Notes: generated by a model from the sequence alone, not told the origin. 64,000 nt of DNA from Octopus sinensis (GCF_006345805.1 NW_021833025.1:62001-126000); one strand, 5' to 3'; shown: positions 25,029 through 37,909, counted from the first letter of the stretch. Translations and numbers: made by a program.

Positions 25029-25079
25029 TGTGAGACCGGGGTTATGCAACAACAACAATGCTCGCAATCGAACCATCTA

Positions 25080-26611
25080 CAGTCTGTACCAAAACATTAT
25101 AATATTGACAAATTTATCAATAAATCATTTGTATCTCTACTTATATCAATTTTTAAGTGTTAATTTTTAGCATGTAATTTGTAAATTGACTTATCTAACT
25201 ATTCTTAAATAAATTAATTCTTAAAAATATATTACATGCTAAAAATATATTGTCATGTACCAAAACATTATAATAATTTTTGTCATGTAACAAAAGATTA
25301 TAATATTTTCTAGTATTTGATGTTTTTCCCTCGAGATTTTAGTACAGCATCTACTCTTTTTGGCATTGATTCAATTAAAACTTTTATTTCTTCAATTTTA
25401 ATTTCATTCCATCTGATTTTCAGTTCATTTTTCAGATCCTCTATCGTTTTTATTCCACGAGCCATAACTTTTCGTTTCATTATTCTCCAAAGATTTTCGA
25501 TTGGATTGAGATCAGGCGAATTAGGAGGCTATTTCATAAGATTAATTTTTTGGTTTTGAATCCACTCAATCGTATCTTTTGCAGTGTGTGCAGGAGCATT
25601 GTCCTGATGAAAAATGTAATTACATCCATCATATAACTTTTGACCAGTTGAAATTAAATTTTTTCTAATATTTCTCTGTATACTAATCCATTTACAGTTG
25701 AATCAATAATTGAAAGCGGGCTCAACCCATTAAAACTCATCGCTCCCCACACCATAGCTCCTTTTCTGTAATGAAGCTTTTGATTTATGCATGAAGGATG
25801 AATTGTTTCATTTCTTTTACGCCAAACATAGCACCTTTTTCACCAATTGACAGCAGAAACTTAGATTCGTCAGAAAAAATAACTTTGGACCACTGTTCTA
25901 TAGTCCAGTTTATTTTCCCTTTAGCCCATGCTAATCTTTGCTTCTGTTGTTTTAATGTTAGGAAGGGCTTGCAAACAGGGGTTCTGGAAAAAAATCCCAA
26001 TTGGTTTAGACGTCTGCTTATTGTCATTCGGCTCAAATTAATTCCGTGAGGAATAAGTTTTTCGGAAATTTCCTTAATAGAGATGAATCTATTTTCCATC
26101 AAAACTCTTTGAATAACTCTTTCTTCTCGTGAAGACGTTAATTTCGGCCTTCCCTTTCCGACACGATTGTTTTTCTCGTTATTCTGCTTTCGCAACACGT
26201 TGGAAACTGATCCTTGTGAGCAATTTGTGATTTCCGCGATTTTGTTTTGACTAAGTCCAAAGGTATGGAGATTTAAAATAATTTTTTTGGTATCAAATGA
26301 CAAGTCGCTTTTTCGTTCCATGTAAATTAAATAATAACGTGTTAAATTTAAAATAAATTTGTTTTTGTATGAAAAATATAAAAATTATTATAATGTTATG
26401 GTACATGACAAAAATTATTATAATGTTATGGTACATGACAATTTGTATCACCAAACCAGTGATCTCGTAAAATCAAATAATTTTTTAAATAGTTAAAGAA
26501 AGTAAATTTGAATTTGGATGTAAAAAATTAAGTCATAAAAATGGATATTTGTGAAAATAGAGTTATATTTTAACTAAATTTACGAGTATTATAATGTTTT
26601 GGTACAGACTG
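25080..26611 (-). mobile_element. Tc1 (DD34E-type) element, IR/DR ends, frameshifted transposase 25310-26321
   Basis: TA TSDs. Outer 25-bp TIR CAGTCTGTACCAAAACATTATAATA, repeated twice more internally at each end. GRP, VIFSDESKF, FHQDNAPAH, SPDLNPIENLW. Confidence 0.93.
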
Positions 26612-27048
26612 TATTTCCGGATATGCACCATAAAACCGTATTGTGTAACAAATGAAAAACTCAAGTCACATGATGCATGTTGTTATACATGACCATTAAA
26701 GTTTTACTACCTATTCATTTAGATACTTTTATATCACCAGAAATCATAAAAGGAGCGGCATTTGAAATTAATAGATAAAAACTGTCACGAAGAGTCTTCA
26801 TTTCTCTAATGACTATTCTAAGAATTATTTTTAATGCTTTTTTAAACCGACTTTCCAGGTATGAACAATGGGTACAATTTTCACCTTAGTTTTGTAAAAT
26901 AATTGAAATTGCCTAGCTAGAAAGGGATATTTATGTAGTTATATTTATGTAGTTATATTTATTTATTATTAATATAAATTAAATAATAATATATTATTTA
27001 ACTACGGAAATAACTATAAATAGATTAATTATTCGTATCATTCTTGTT

Positions 27049-29192
27049 ATGCCACCATCCTTAATTTTGGGTATGTATTATTTATATAATTCTTAATCTG
27101 TAGATAAAACATTTCCACCATTGCCTGAAACAGCTCGAGCTACACCAATCGTGTTAGGCAGCAATCCAAATTCTCCCTTCTTTTTGTATTGTAACGATAA
27201 GTATGTCATCATGCGGAACATCTTGGTATTAATATTCTGTTGGATTCACATTTTAGTATCCGGAAGTGTGCAGAATTTATCCAGGTCACCTCAGTAATGT
27301 ACACTGCGCTCGCTTCTCGCCTTCGGGGAATTACATAGCCAGTGGAGGTTTTTTTTATATTGTCCATTAAACATTTAAGATGCTCAAGGAAAGGTCCATA
27401 TTTGGGCTCCTAATCCGGAAGAAATAATAAAGAAGTATGACCATCAACTTTTGTCAGGACCTGTTAAGGATGTGGCTTGGTCCCCTGATAACTCCAAATT
27501 AGTCGCTGTTGGAGGCGCTGGTTCAACGTATTTTCTTTTTAACTTAAAAACAGTTTTGCACGTTTCTTTCGATGGGACAGCTCGAATAAAATAAGCGATG
27601 TCAGCAGGAGCTCAAAATCTATAAATTCTGTTGATATAGCTCTCAATATGCCTCTACGCTGCTGTATGGCTTCCGAGGATCAGAGAGCCCATTTTTTTAC
27701 AGGAACTAAGTTGGAAAAGTACACCGATATCAGAGTTTGTCATTTTTCCATTTTAAGGACAATACCAGTTTTGTCCAATGTTCTCGGTTTACCCCCGACG
27801 GTAATGTTTTTATCACGGGAGGTTCTGATTGCAAGATTTGTATATACGGTGGAACAGAGGGAAATCTCCTCCGAACGGTTAATCCTTCTCATAAGGGTGG
27901 AGTCTACGCAGTCGCCCCATCCCCAGACTCAAGACAATTCTTGACTGCCTCTGGCGACAAAACTGCAGCGATTTATGACATTGAGACAGGTCAACAAGTC
28001 CAGTCCGTGTATTAGTCAACAAAGTTTCAGGTTATACAAAATGGGGTCAACTCTCGACGACATGCAGGTGGGATGTCTGTGGGAAGGAAATAATTTAATA
28101 ACTGTCTCTCTTTCTGGCTATATCAACTACCTCGATATTAATGACACTGCCAAGCCGGCCAGAATAGTACAGGTTCATTACTCTTAGAAGTGATTGTTCA
28201 GGGACATAAAAGGGCGTATACTTCTTCGTTCTTCGACAACGATTCTATTTTCCTTGGAAGTTATGACGGAATAATATGTGAGCTGATCTATGATGATTAT
28301 TCCAGCAAAGTACGACATTTCAAGTTCTCAGACGACTGTTGTTTCTGGGAACAAGGAAGTCAATGTTCATAATATTGTGCCACAAACTCCTGATTCTGTT
28401 CTATCTATGTCTGTCAATAATTCTGTCCGTGAATTCGACAGGAATACTCTTGAATGGAGGTTATTCTCTATTTTTATTCTCAAGTGATTGGAATATTTTT
28501 TTGCCTTCCCAACCATTGTCAGCTTCGTCTGATCAAGAAGATATTGTTATTGGATGCACTAATAATGTCCTATATTTGGGGAAAATTATTATTAGATTGT
28601 ATTTATGAGATCAAAGCAAGTAGTCGGCACGTTCGATGTGAAGGAACCGGTCAAATCTTGTGCGATATCAAAGAAAGCGGGGCATATCGTGTGTTCGCAT
28701 GAGGTTTTGTGGTTTTGTATCAAATTTGTCAGAATACTTCAGTTTATGATATTCCTAGTGATGGGAAACTTATTTTGATAAAGACACTACCTGATCTGGC
28801 TACTGTTCTTAAGTACTCTCCTGATGAGAACTTTATCGCGGCTGTAATATTTACTGAAGTCGTTGTAATGAAGGTCCCAGAATACGAGGTATGGTTTGGC
28901 ATATTTTTATTTTAGAATGTCGGTCGTGGTTATTTTGGGAACTCTTCTTCGATTGTGAGCATTTCATGGTCTCCAGACTCCAAAAGATTTATGACAGCGT
29001 CCATTGATTCCTCCATTTTGATTTGGGAGATTGGGAAGAATCGAGCTCTTATTTGTCTAGAGAGTATGTTTTTGTGTCATTTTAATAGGAGCCCACAATG
29101 GATTGCCATTAATTTCTTCATTCTTTATATCTGAAGAAAAAGTAGCATCGCTGGGCTCTGACTCCTGTCTGAGCATTTGGTCTATACAATAG
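27049..29192 (+). CDS. WDR1: Actin-interacting protein 1 (WD-repeat), ~14 exons
   Basis: Spliced product ..FPPLPETARATPIVLG..FLYCN..ARFSPSGNYIASGDAQGKVHIW..SGPVKDVAWSPD..HKGGVYAVAPSPDSRQFLTASGDKT..DMQVGCLWEG..VSLSGYINYLD..SWSPDS..DSCLSIWSI*. About 13 introns of 23-33 nt. Confidence 0.93.
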
Positions 29193-29637
29193 GCGTCAGG
29201 TTTTAAACTGACGGATAACAGGATTTTGGATTTTATTTATTGGAATTTTAATCAATAAATATCTTAAATATTTCTAGACTATATTCGACTATAGCTTATT
29301 GATACTATGAATGTTTACTTAGTCAAAACATTAAAAGTTTAGCTTATAATCTGACGATTTATAAATTTTATTTTCGTCGAAACAAGGGGACCGATTTTGT
29401 GGGGAAGGTTTAAGCGTTTGACCCTCCAAAAATTTTCATTAACGAATAAAACGATAAAAGCGGTTTAAAAGTACGAATTTTATTTTAAAGAACCGAAATC
29501 TTGCATTTCAATAATTCGAAACTCAATTAAAATACAGTGCCCGACAAAAAATAGATTTGCAATAAATCGACTTTTATTTTTAAAAAATTCTTTTATTAAG
29601 CAAATCCAAATTAGTAAATTAATTGAAGTGAAAAAAA

Positions 29638-30190
29638 TCATGAAAATTTTGGTTCCAACTTCCTTCCCTTTGCTATCGTTCTGCCTCCTCCCGCTAGATT
29701 CATGGGCTGAAAAACTGCGTCTGTATCTTTGACAGGTTTCTCTGGTGTCTCGTGGTGAATGTTTCCTTTATTTAGTCGTTCATTGATCGCATCCTTCGCC
29801 GTTGTAGGCAAGAGTTTGTACTCCGGGCGCATGCTTTCCAGTGTTTTTTTTGATTACGATTGTCTGAGCATATGCACGCTTTGAGTCATGGACTTGTAGG
29901 GAGTTTTGGTAGTGCTTGTAAAATTTGGATGTTATTCCATCCCACGTGAGAACCAACGGTACGACATTCACATTTTCATTATGGATTAACCTCAATTCGC
30001 TTGCCAAAAGGTCGTATTTATGTAATTTCTCAACTTTCACATGCTTCAAAGATTATTGAGAAGTAATCCCAAATCGATCAGCGTAATGATGTTCCAAACT
30101 TTGTCGTAGACAAAAATGTCCGGTTTATTATTATTGACTTTAGTATCCGTCTTGATAGTCGTGTCCACCCGTATTTCGACCACCTCATTA
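29638..30190 (-). mobile_element. R4-like retrotransposon 3' (REL) fragment
   Basis: VEIRVDTTIKTDTKVNNNKPDIFVYDK..GITSQ..VKVEKLHKYDLLASEL..VVPLVLTWDG. Confidence 0.8.
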
Positions 30191-30199
30191 GATCGCCAC

Positions 30200-30990
30200 G
30201 TGTGGGGTTTCTCCATGTCTAAGGCGCTGGCTATCGGGATTCCTTCAATCTCGCGGACAGGTCGTGCGGCATCAGGGGGTCTTTTCTGAAGTCACAACAG
30301 TTCTTTGCGGGGTCCTCCAGGGCTCTGTGCTGAGTCCCACACTTTTTAATGTCTTTAAGGCTTCTGCGCCCATGTCAGTCAATGCTCGTACTGAAATTGT
30401 GATCTATGCAGACGACATCATCCTCTGGGATCAGTCGATGAAACCTGAGTTTGAGTGTGGTAGGCTACAGGTTGCTGTGGATGGACTTGGAAAGTGGTGT
30501 GGGAGTAGGGGTCTAAAGATGCGTTTGGACAAGTGCAGTGTTCTCAAAGTCTGTAAAAGGACGAGGGGTTACACTAATTACGCCCCCAGGTTATTGCTGA
30601 ATGGGTCAGCAATTGCTGCAGTTGATCGGATAACTTATTTGGGCGTGCTCTTCAACCCGTCCGGTAAGTTTGATACGCGTGTTTAACGACATGGTGTTGA
30701 CCTACGGCGTACATGCCTGGCACTTCTGCGAGGATAAGGAGAAGTACGTTGACGCGCTCAAGAAAGTCAGAAGACGAGCCATCCGGCTAACCCATGGCTT
30801 AGGATGGCGAGAGAAGCTCTCGGATGCCCAGGAATTATCCCTCAAAGGCCTTCCTGAGGTTCTAGAGATGATAATGTCTGGGTGGTGGATAAGGCGGTAA
30901 GTCTTATTTTGCGACTGTGGGGTGAGCGTGTGTGCGGGACTGAAAAGGCAGGAATGCCAAAGGTCTTTATCTACCTTCTACTAACAGTCT
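30200..30990 (+). mobile_element. LINE RT fragment (same group as 5017-6806)
   Basis: GVLQGSVLSPTLFN, IYADDI, YLGV, LTYG..W..LKKVRRRAIRL. Confidence 0.8.
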
Positions 30991-31599
30991 TTTTTTAAAT
31001 AAATATTTTTCTTTCTCTCTATTTAATAAGTAGAAATCCCCCCCCCGTTTTTTATAAACTTCTTTTTTCATCGACATGACTAGATTTTCTAAGTATTTTT
31101 TTAGGTAGTGCTTCCCATATTGAAAATAATTTTGTTTCCAAATCTTTCAAATCTTTGGTGGATTTTGCAATAATTTACTCTTCATCGTCACCCAAACATT
31201 CTCTATTGGATTCAGGTCAAGTGATTGAAAGGCCTAATCAAGAATGGTATATTTTCTATCTTTTATATATTCAGTTACTGCCCACGAAGTATGGCAAGGG
31301 CAATTATCTTGCTAAAAAAACAACAGAGTTTAGTCCCATTTTCAACGCTGATTGTTCCAGATTATTTGACAAAATGTTTATATATTTTCCAGTGTTCATT
31401 TTTCCATTAATGATGACAAGATTCCCCATACCTTTATATGAGAAACATCCCCAGACTATTAACTTTCCTCCACCATACTTAGCAGCAGACACGATATTTG
31501 GCTTTTTATAGCTAGAGGCGTTTTCACGGTTAACAATCTTTCCTAGTTTACTATCATAAACTTCAAAACACGATTCATCCGAGAAGATGACTTTCTTCC

Positions 31600-34080
31600 A
31601 TTTTTTTTTTTACTAAAATAATTGTTAATTAAGTAAATTAATGATGTTAATTCTTTGATTGAGAGGACGCGCGAATAGATAGGCAGTTTCCGCGCAATAT
31701 CGCGAGCGAAATGCGCTGAAAAAGCCAACTAGACTTACGTCTCTCGTGACTCTTCCTTGAGATCATCAAGCCGATTTCCGAAAGGAACTCAAGAGCTTTT
31801 GGGCCGATTATCCCGCTCGTTTCGAAAGCCAGGGGGACGAAAAGGCAGGTGTTCTCCAATGAGGCATACTTTGTTATTTTTTTTGTTTCGGCATGTGCGG
31901 AGGCTGAGCCAGGGCGGGAGGCAGAGTCCATGAGAGATGACGAGGAAAACGAGTCGACACAGGTCACGTCCCAAACGAGAGCGAGTCCCCCCTTGAACGG
32001 GAATAGCGTGGACCCGTCGGGACGTTTTCCGTCGCCACGGTCTAAACCAACCGGCTCTAGGACCGAAGGGAATCCAGCGGCGTTGAGCGCGCGCTTGACA
32101 ATATCATTCAAGGCGGCATGTCTGGGTATACGGCCGGTACTGAGGCGACAAGAGAGGGGGTGTAGCCCTCTCCTGTCAATGACCTTTCCGCATCTGCACT
32201 GATGTGGCAGGCAAATCTCTATGCCAAGCCGTAAACAGATTCCGATGCGGACAGATTCGTCGTCCAGCAACATTCCAGCAGAGGAAATCGGCAAAGCGTC
32301 AAGCCAATCGGCCGAGTGGGGTTGACAGGCACAATTGATGCTTGCCAACTGAAACTGGTCAGCACGTAGGCGGATATCTTCGAGTGTATGCAAACAATGT
32401 ATCTCATCCCAGTTCTTTTGAACTGAGGGGACGTCCGGGATTTTAAGCCCACGAGAAATCCACATGTTGACACCCGCCGCATATTCCAACAACTCGGGCT
32501 GTTCAGGGAAGGGGAAGAGAACAGAGTTGAAGGAAGTAGCAGAGGCAGACAACAAGGAAAGGTAACATGGAAGGGATAAATCAACACAAGAACGAATGCC
32601 GATGCCCCCGTAACGAATAGGTAAATTAACCCGTCGCATGTCTGAAGGTTTGAATTTGATATTTACGAGGAGTTCAAGAGCTTCGGAGACCATGTTGTCG
32701 AGACGAAATAAGTGATTTTGTTCGAGAAAGCACGGCGATGAGCGCAAGAGATAAGTTAGCCTCGGTATGAAGAGATAGTTCTTTAGCAAAAAAAGGCCTA
32801 AATGGGATTCGAGTTTGGAAATGCGGGAGATTAAAGTTTCCAATTCTTCGAGCCTGCCATATAAAGCCTTCTTAGTAGCCTTGCTATTGATTGGTGAACC
32901 CAGAATGATGAGGTCATCAAGCTGGGTGATGCCCAGGCCTTCAATATGGCGAGATAAGGTCGAAAAAATTAATTTGAATTCCGAAGGGCTCGCAGACAGG
33001 CATTATCAGCTCGGATTTGGATCCATTCAAAGCGAGCCCAATAGACGCAAAACCAGAAATAATTTTTTCCATATCCTTCCTGACGGTCTCCAAAGCCCCG
33101 CCGAGAGTAACATCATCGAGGTACCAAATGTTTACCTCGGAGGACAATTGGCGGGCAATGTGATCAACCCCGAGTGAGAATAAAAGGGGCCCAAGAGGGT
33201 CGCCTTGTTGGATGCCAGTTTCGGACATAATAACATTGTCGGCAAACAAGAGACAGCTGGGGGAGGCGTAAGACAGATGGACGATCGGATATAAGGCAGG
33301 GAAACGACAACGGACAATTTCAAGGATATGATCGCGCCGAATCGAGTTGAACGCGTTTTTGACATCAATTTTAAGGAGGAATGGGATTTCAGTACATTTT
33401 GCAGAAGACAGCTGCCGTATGCTATGGGCGGCTGCTTCGCAGGCTCCTTTAACGCCCACGCCCAGTTGAATTGGCATAAGCTTAGCACTTGCTTCCGGAA
33501 CCACTGATTGACAAATAATTTTAGCAGCAAGGCGTCTGAAGATGTTGCCCACAGCGATAGGCCGTACACCACCATCACTTTTGTTAAGAGCAGTCAGATT
33601 TGCGGAAAAGAGTACGTCCCTAGCGAAAGGAGGGATCGTACCAGAGATGATTCTTGAGCAGAGGGAAGTGATGGCCAACAATAAGCGTCTTCCACCCTCT
33701 GCAGTCACAGGGGAAATCAGATCTTTTATATGAATCGGTTTCAAGCCATCGATACCCCCACTGCTGCTGAATGGGAAAGAGCTGAGGGCGGCAGTTACAT
33801 CCGTCGAAGAGACGGGATATATAGAATCAGTCACCGGATCCGGGATTTCGGATAAGTCATCCGGGGCGCCGGGGTGTTTAGAGCGCAATTGGTCGAGGAT
33901 TTTGTCAGAAGGGGGGGCAATTGTGGTGTTGGAGGAAATAACACGTACTGCACTCCGAACGTCGCCTTGCATAAGCTTGCTGCGAACCATTCGGGAAATG
34001 TCCTGAGTGCTCCGAATTAAACGAGAGAGCCTTTCAGCAGCATCAAGGGAAAAATAGGGTAATCTCCAAGTTTCGACCAA
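31600..34080 (-). mobile_element. CRE-clade retrotransposon, largest copy, one frameshift, poly(A) end inside Tc1 transposase
   Basis: ORFs 32941-34080 (LRSKHP, SSGGIDG, GGVRPIAVG, QLGVG, DVKNAFNS, QQGDPLGP, WYLDD) and 31647-32843 (CRCG, KRPDG, WDVTC, FETSG, RGN). Confidence 0.92.
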
Positions 34081-34437
34081 GTAAAAACCACAAGAGAATA
34101 AATTATTTAAAATTTTATTAAAATAATTCCTTGTTAGAAATAAATAATTAATATTAATAAATTAAAGAAAACACACATCGTCAATAAACTAACAAATAAA
34201 CCAACCAACCACCTACCCTTTCAACCGTTGTTTCTCGCCAAACTTCTCATATAATTAAAAAAAATACCTCAAAAACGTAGAATGCAATGGCCAACATTGA
34301 CTAATTTTAAATGGGATTGTCTATTGTTGATGCGGCTGCAATTTCTGCTCCTAATAGTTAACAAATATGTTTTTTCGGCTTAATTTTTATTTAAAAAAAA
34401 AATATAAAATCCTGACAATCCGATTGACAATCCGATA

Positions 34438-35663
34438 TTGGAAACGACCGCCCCACGCTGTGTGTCGCTTAATAGCAGCTGGCTTCCTGCATGTCAGGGA
34501 GTTCGGGGCTACTAACTAACTAATTCTATTCCTTGTCTTATCATAGACAATGATATCCGACTTGTTGTTTCCTACAGCAGTAGCACTTCAGTTAAGAAGA
34601 GTTATTCCTATTTATTAGTTACCCTGGAGATATGTATTTGTCAGGAACTGATATAAAATTGAGTGTAAAGGTTTCTTTTCAATTTTTTCTAGCAGATTTA
34701 TAATTTTAATCTCCTTCAGTTCTTCGGATGTCAATTCAGTTCTTCGGATGCGAATGTTGTACTTTTGAGAGACAAAATACACAATAGTGACCATATTTGT
34801 TTTTCTTTTCTGTATAACCATTAGGTTTTCTGATCTTTTTAGAAGTCAAAAGAGGTTTAAAATATTATTTTATAATTTTTTAAAAATAAAAGTCGATTTA
34901 TTTCGAATCTAATTTTTTTGTCGGGAACTGTAGCTCTTTCCCTTAAATAACTTTTTCCCTTAAAAAAGATCGACATTAATACACGACTTTATCTCCACGA
35001 AAGCCATCCGGAGACTATCACCGAATAAAATAATTCAAGAACTTCCCCCGGAAATTGATGAATCTGAATCACTATTCCCAATAATAAAACCTGTGATTCT
35101 CGCAAGACTTCGCTGCAAACATCACTCCTGCCTTGGACACGATTACATGGGAAAAAAACAGAAAGAGAACCCTGCTACGTGTGTAACTTCAATCAACCAC
35201 TTGTTTTCCTATTCTATACCACCGGCAATGTCGCTACCACACACAGCGCTTCGGCACCTTTGGAAACGACCGCCCCACGCTGTGTGTCGCTTAATAGCAG
35301 CTGGCTTCCTGCATGTCAGGGAGTTCGGGGCTACTAACTAACTAATTCTATTCCTTGTCTTATCATAGACAATGATATCCGACTTGTTGTTTCCTACAGC
35401 AGTAGCACTTCAGTTAAGAAGAGTTATTCCTATTTATTAGTTACCCTGGAGATATGTATTTGTCAGGAACTGATATAAAATTGAGTGTAAAGGTTTCTTT
35501 TCAATTTTTTCTAGCAGATTTATAATTTTAATCTCCTTCAGTTCTTCGGATGTCAATTCAGTTCTTCGGATGCGAATGTTGTACTTTTGAGAGACAAAAT
35601 ACACAATAGTGACCATATTTGTTTTTCTTTTCTGTATAACCATTAGGTTTTCTGATCTTTTTA
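34438..35663 (+). repeat. 404-bp apparently identical direct duplication (34438-34841 = 35260-35663)
   Basis: Direct comparison by eye. The ORF track also shows identical peptides at 34615-34821 and 35437-35694. Confidence 0.92.
34970..35345 (+). mobile_element. Vingi-type 3' end with hairpin and (CTAA)n tail
   Basis: LPPEIDESE..LARLRCKHH..HLF..LWKRP..LIAAGF, homologous to 24730-25028. Confidence 0.8.
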
Positions 35664-35975
35664 AACAATGATGTTTCTTGTTCAAGGTCTCCAAAAAACT
35701 GTAGAAGCATTTGTTTGGCTTTATCTCATATAAACTTAAGACCCTCTCCCAATTTGTCTATTGGTAAATTTAGTTTTTCTTCGTTTGCCTCCCTGAAGTG
35801 TATTCAATTTTCCGTTAAAATTTGACGAATTTTCATTTCGATGTGTTCAATTTTTTGTTGCTTGATTTCAATAAGCACAATATAATAATTCTACAAAATA
35901 CAGCAAATTTGTTAATTGCCTTGAGCAAGTTCATTGAGTTTAGCTTTTCTAGATTTTTAATTCGTTTAGATCTGA
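35346..35975 (-). mobile_element. Decayed R4-like fragment
   Basis: KLNSMNLLKAINK..KIEKKPLHSILY..NNKSDIIVYDK, matching 8550-9223 and ~30100. Confidence 0.7.
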
Positions 35976-35986
35976 GGTTGTCAAAC

Positions 35987-36260
35987 GGTGTACCGCGAGA
36001 CGATTTCTAATGTCCCGCCTGACAAATACCAATTTGAATAAATTTTTTTACTTAAATTAAAATAATCATTTTTTAATTATAGGGTTTCTTGATCTATTTC
36101 GGATTTGTCGCAACAAAGAAATTTTATTCATTAATTATTTCTCCTCTCTCCGATATAAAAATATAATCGAGCATTTTTCTATAAAAAGAATCACAATGTT
36201 CTCGAGTTATTTCAGTAAATTTTTCGGAAATTAAGTTCTTTAATTGCCTTGATGCTGCTA
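35987..36260 (-). mobile_element. IS630-Tc1 family 3' remnant
   Basis: C-terminal LKNLISEKFTEITREHCDSFYRKMLDYI..RGEII* followed by a CGGTGTACCGC terminus-like sequence. Confidence 0.5.
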
Positions 36261-36879
36261 CTCTAACATAAGATGAATTCCCTCCTTTAGATCGACCTCT
36301 TTTTGACCTGCACTCCACATAACTCCCTTTTAACTTAGATAGCAGATATATTTGATATTCTGAGTATAAATGACAAAACCTAATCTTTACGAGTTTTTGG
36401 CTATTAAATCAATCATTTTTTATCTATCAAAATTAATTGTAAAACATTTTATGTTCATGATATCGCGTTTTGGCTAATCACAGTGAGATAAAAAAATACT
36501 GACGTCACAAAAACTATGACCCGTTGATCAGAGAGTGTTCTAAAACATGAAAACTTGAAGAAGGAAGAACATTTTACGGCCGTCGCAGGTAAACGCTTGT
36601 CAACTAATGGATTTTTACATTCTGCTTAGTGCAAATTTTGGCACAGGCATACTTTGTTCAGGTATAATGCATAATCAGTTTAATCGTCTACTTGCTGATG
36701 CTTTTGACTGAAATTTTGCACATTAATAAGATAGAGTTTACACTTTCTTTTTTACTTTATGCTAACAAGTTGATTAGTGATACAATTTTGAACAACTAAG
36801 ACTAATTCCCTTTTAAATCAAAATTATCTCATCTATTATTATAGATTTTTCATTCGAGCCAAGAACGAGGAATGAAACA

Positions 36880-37838
36880 CAAATCCAACGGCAGCATGTC
36901 GCCAACTTCAACCATTCATTGATACCCAGTATAACTGGATCACTCTAAACGGGCAAAATACTCGGGATAACGTACGATCCCTCTTTATCATTTTGGGAAC
37001 ACATTGAAAATCTGACTCACAATTGCAAAATGAATGCTCTCCGCTCACTCACCGGAACAGACTTTGGACAAAACAAGGAATTCTTAATACTCATGTACAA
37101 ACAATACATTCTTCCAACATTTTACTACACAAGTCCATCATGGGCGCCTCTGCTGTCAAAAACAATCTTCCAGAAGTTACAATCAATCCAAAACCAAGCA
37201 CTCAAAATCATTACGGGTTCTATGAAGTTTATTCCGACCGACCATATGCATCAGGAAACCAACATGATCAAACTTACAGACCATTACGACTTCCGTGAAA
37301 CCCAATTTTTCGCCTCCGCGAGTATGATCAAAAATTACCCAAGTCACAATCTCACGACAATACCAACCCCTGACAGGAACATCAAAAACACGACAGCACT
37401 CCACTACTTCCGTATTCTAAGCTCATTCCTCAACAAAAAACCATCGGAAATAAAAGAACTAATAACTAAATCCTCCTTGAACGCACTAACCGCAAACAAT
37501 ATCCTCAGCAACCACCCCCCAAAAATAAACTCAGCTGAAAAGGATCTTAGCCGCAAAGATCGGATCGAATTCGCAAGATTTCGCTGTGGACATCACCCTT
37601 TACTCTTCAACTATTAAAACAAACTGGATAAGGACGTAGATCCGTCCTGTCAAATCTGCCATGACGGACAACACACAGTAACGCACGTCATCTTGGATTG
37701 CAAAAATCTCAGCGTCATAAGAAGATCTTATAAAATTAACTCCCTTCTTAACTTATGGTATGACTCTAAAAGGTCTATTGGTTTTCTTCGTGCCGCATTC
37801 CTCCCAATTTCAGGGGGAATGGGGTTAAATAAATAAAA
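36880..37838 (+). mobile_element. Vingi-type 5'-truncated copy with 3' hairpin and (TAAA)n tail
   Basis: ILGITYDPSLSF, YKQYILP..YTSPSWAP, IQNQALKIITG, ARFRCGHHP, CQIC..HTVTHVILDC. Confidence 0.88.
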
Positions 37839-37909
37839 GAATCTTAGCTGGAACATCAACAAAAAGTACACTTATTAAATTATTAGGAAAGTTATTTATT
37901 ATAAATTTT

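Larger units (their letters stand above)
21698..25058 (+). mobile_element. Near full-length Vingi/Ingi-clade non-LTR retrotransposon
   Basis: No ORF1 and no RNase H. Order: 5' HDV-like ribozyme, 2A motif, APE (LQVNING, VQETK, GDMNA, PDIS, SDH), RT (YRPISL, DISKAFD, GVPQGSVLSP, YADD), CxxC..H...C knuckle, 3' hairpin, (CAA)4 tail. Confidence 0.92.
29535..34930 (-). mobile_element. Tc1 element expanded to 5.4 kb by nested insertions
   Basis: ~55-bp imperfect TIRs CAGT(G/T)CCCGACAAAAAA..AATAAATCGACTTTTATTTTTAAAAAATT with TA flanks. Transposase remnant ~31050-31600 (-): WKKVIFSDES, KYGGGKLIVWGCFS, QDNCPCHTS, SLDLNPIE. Confidence 0.85.

Noticed and set aside
21685-25070. Target-site duplication around the full-length Vingi
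   Set aside because: Only AATG is shared between the flanks, which is too short to support.
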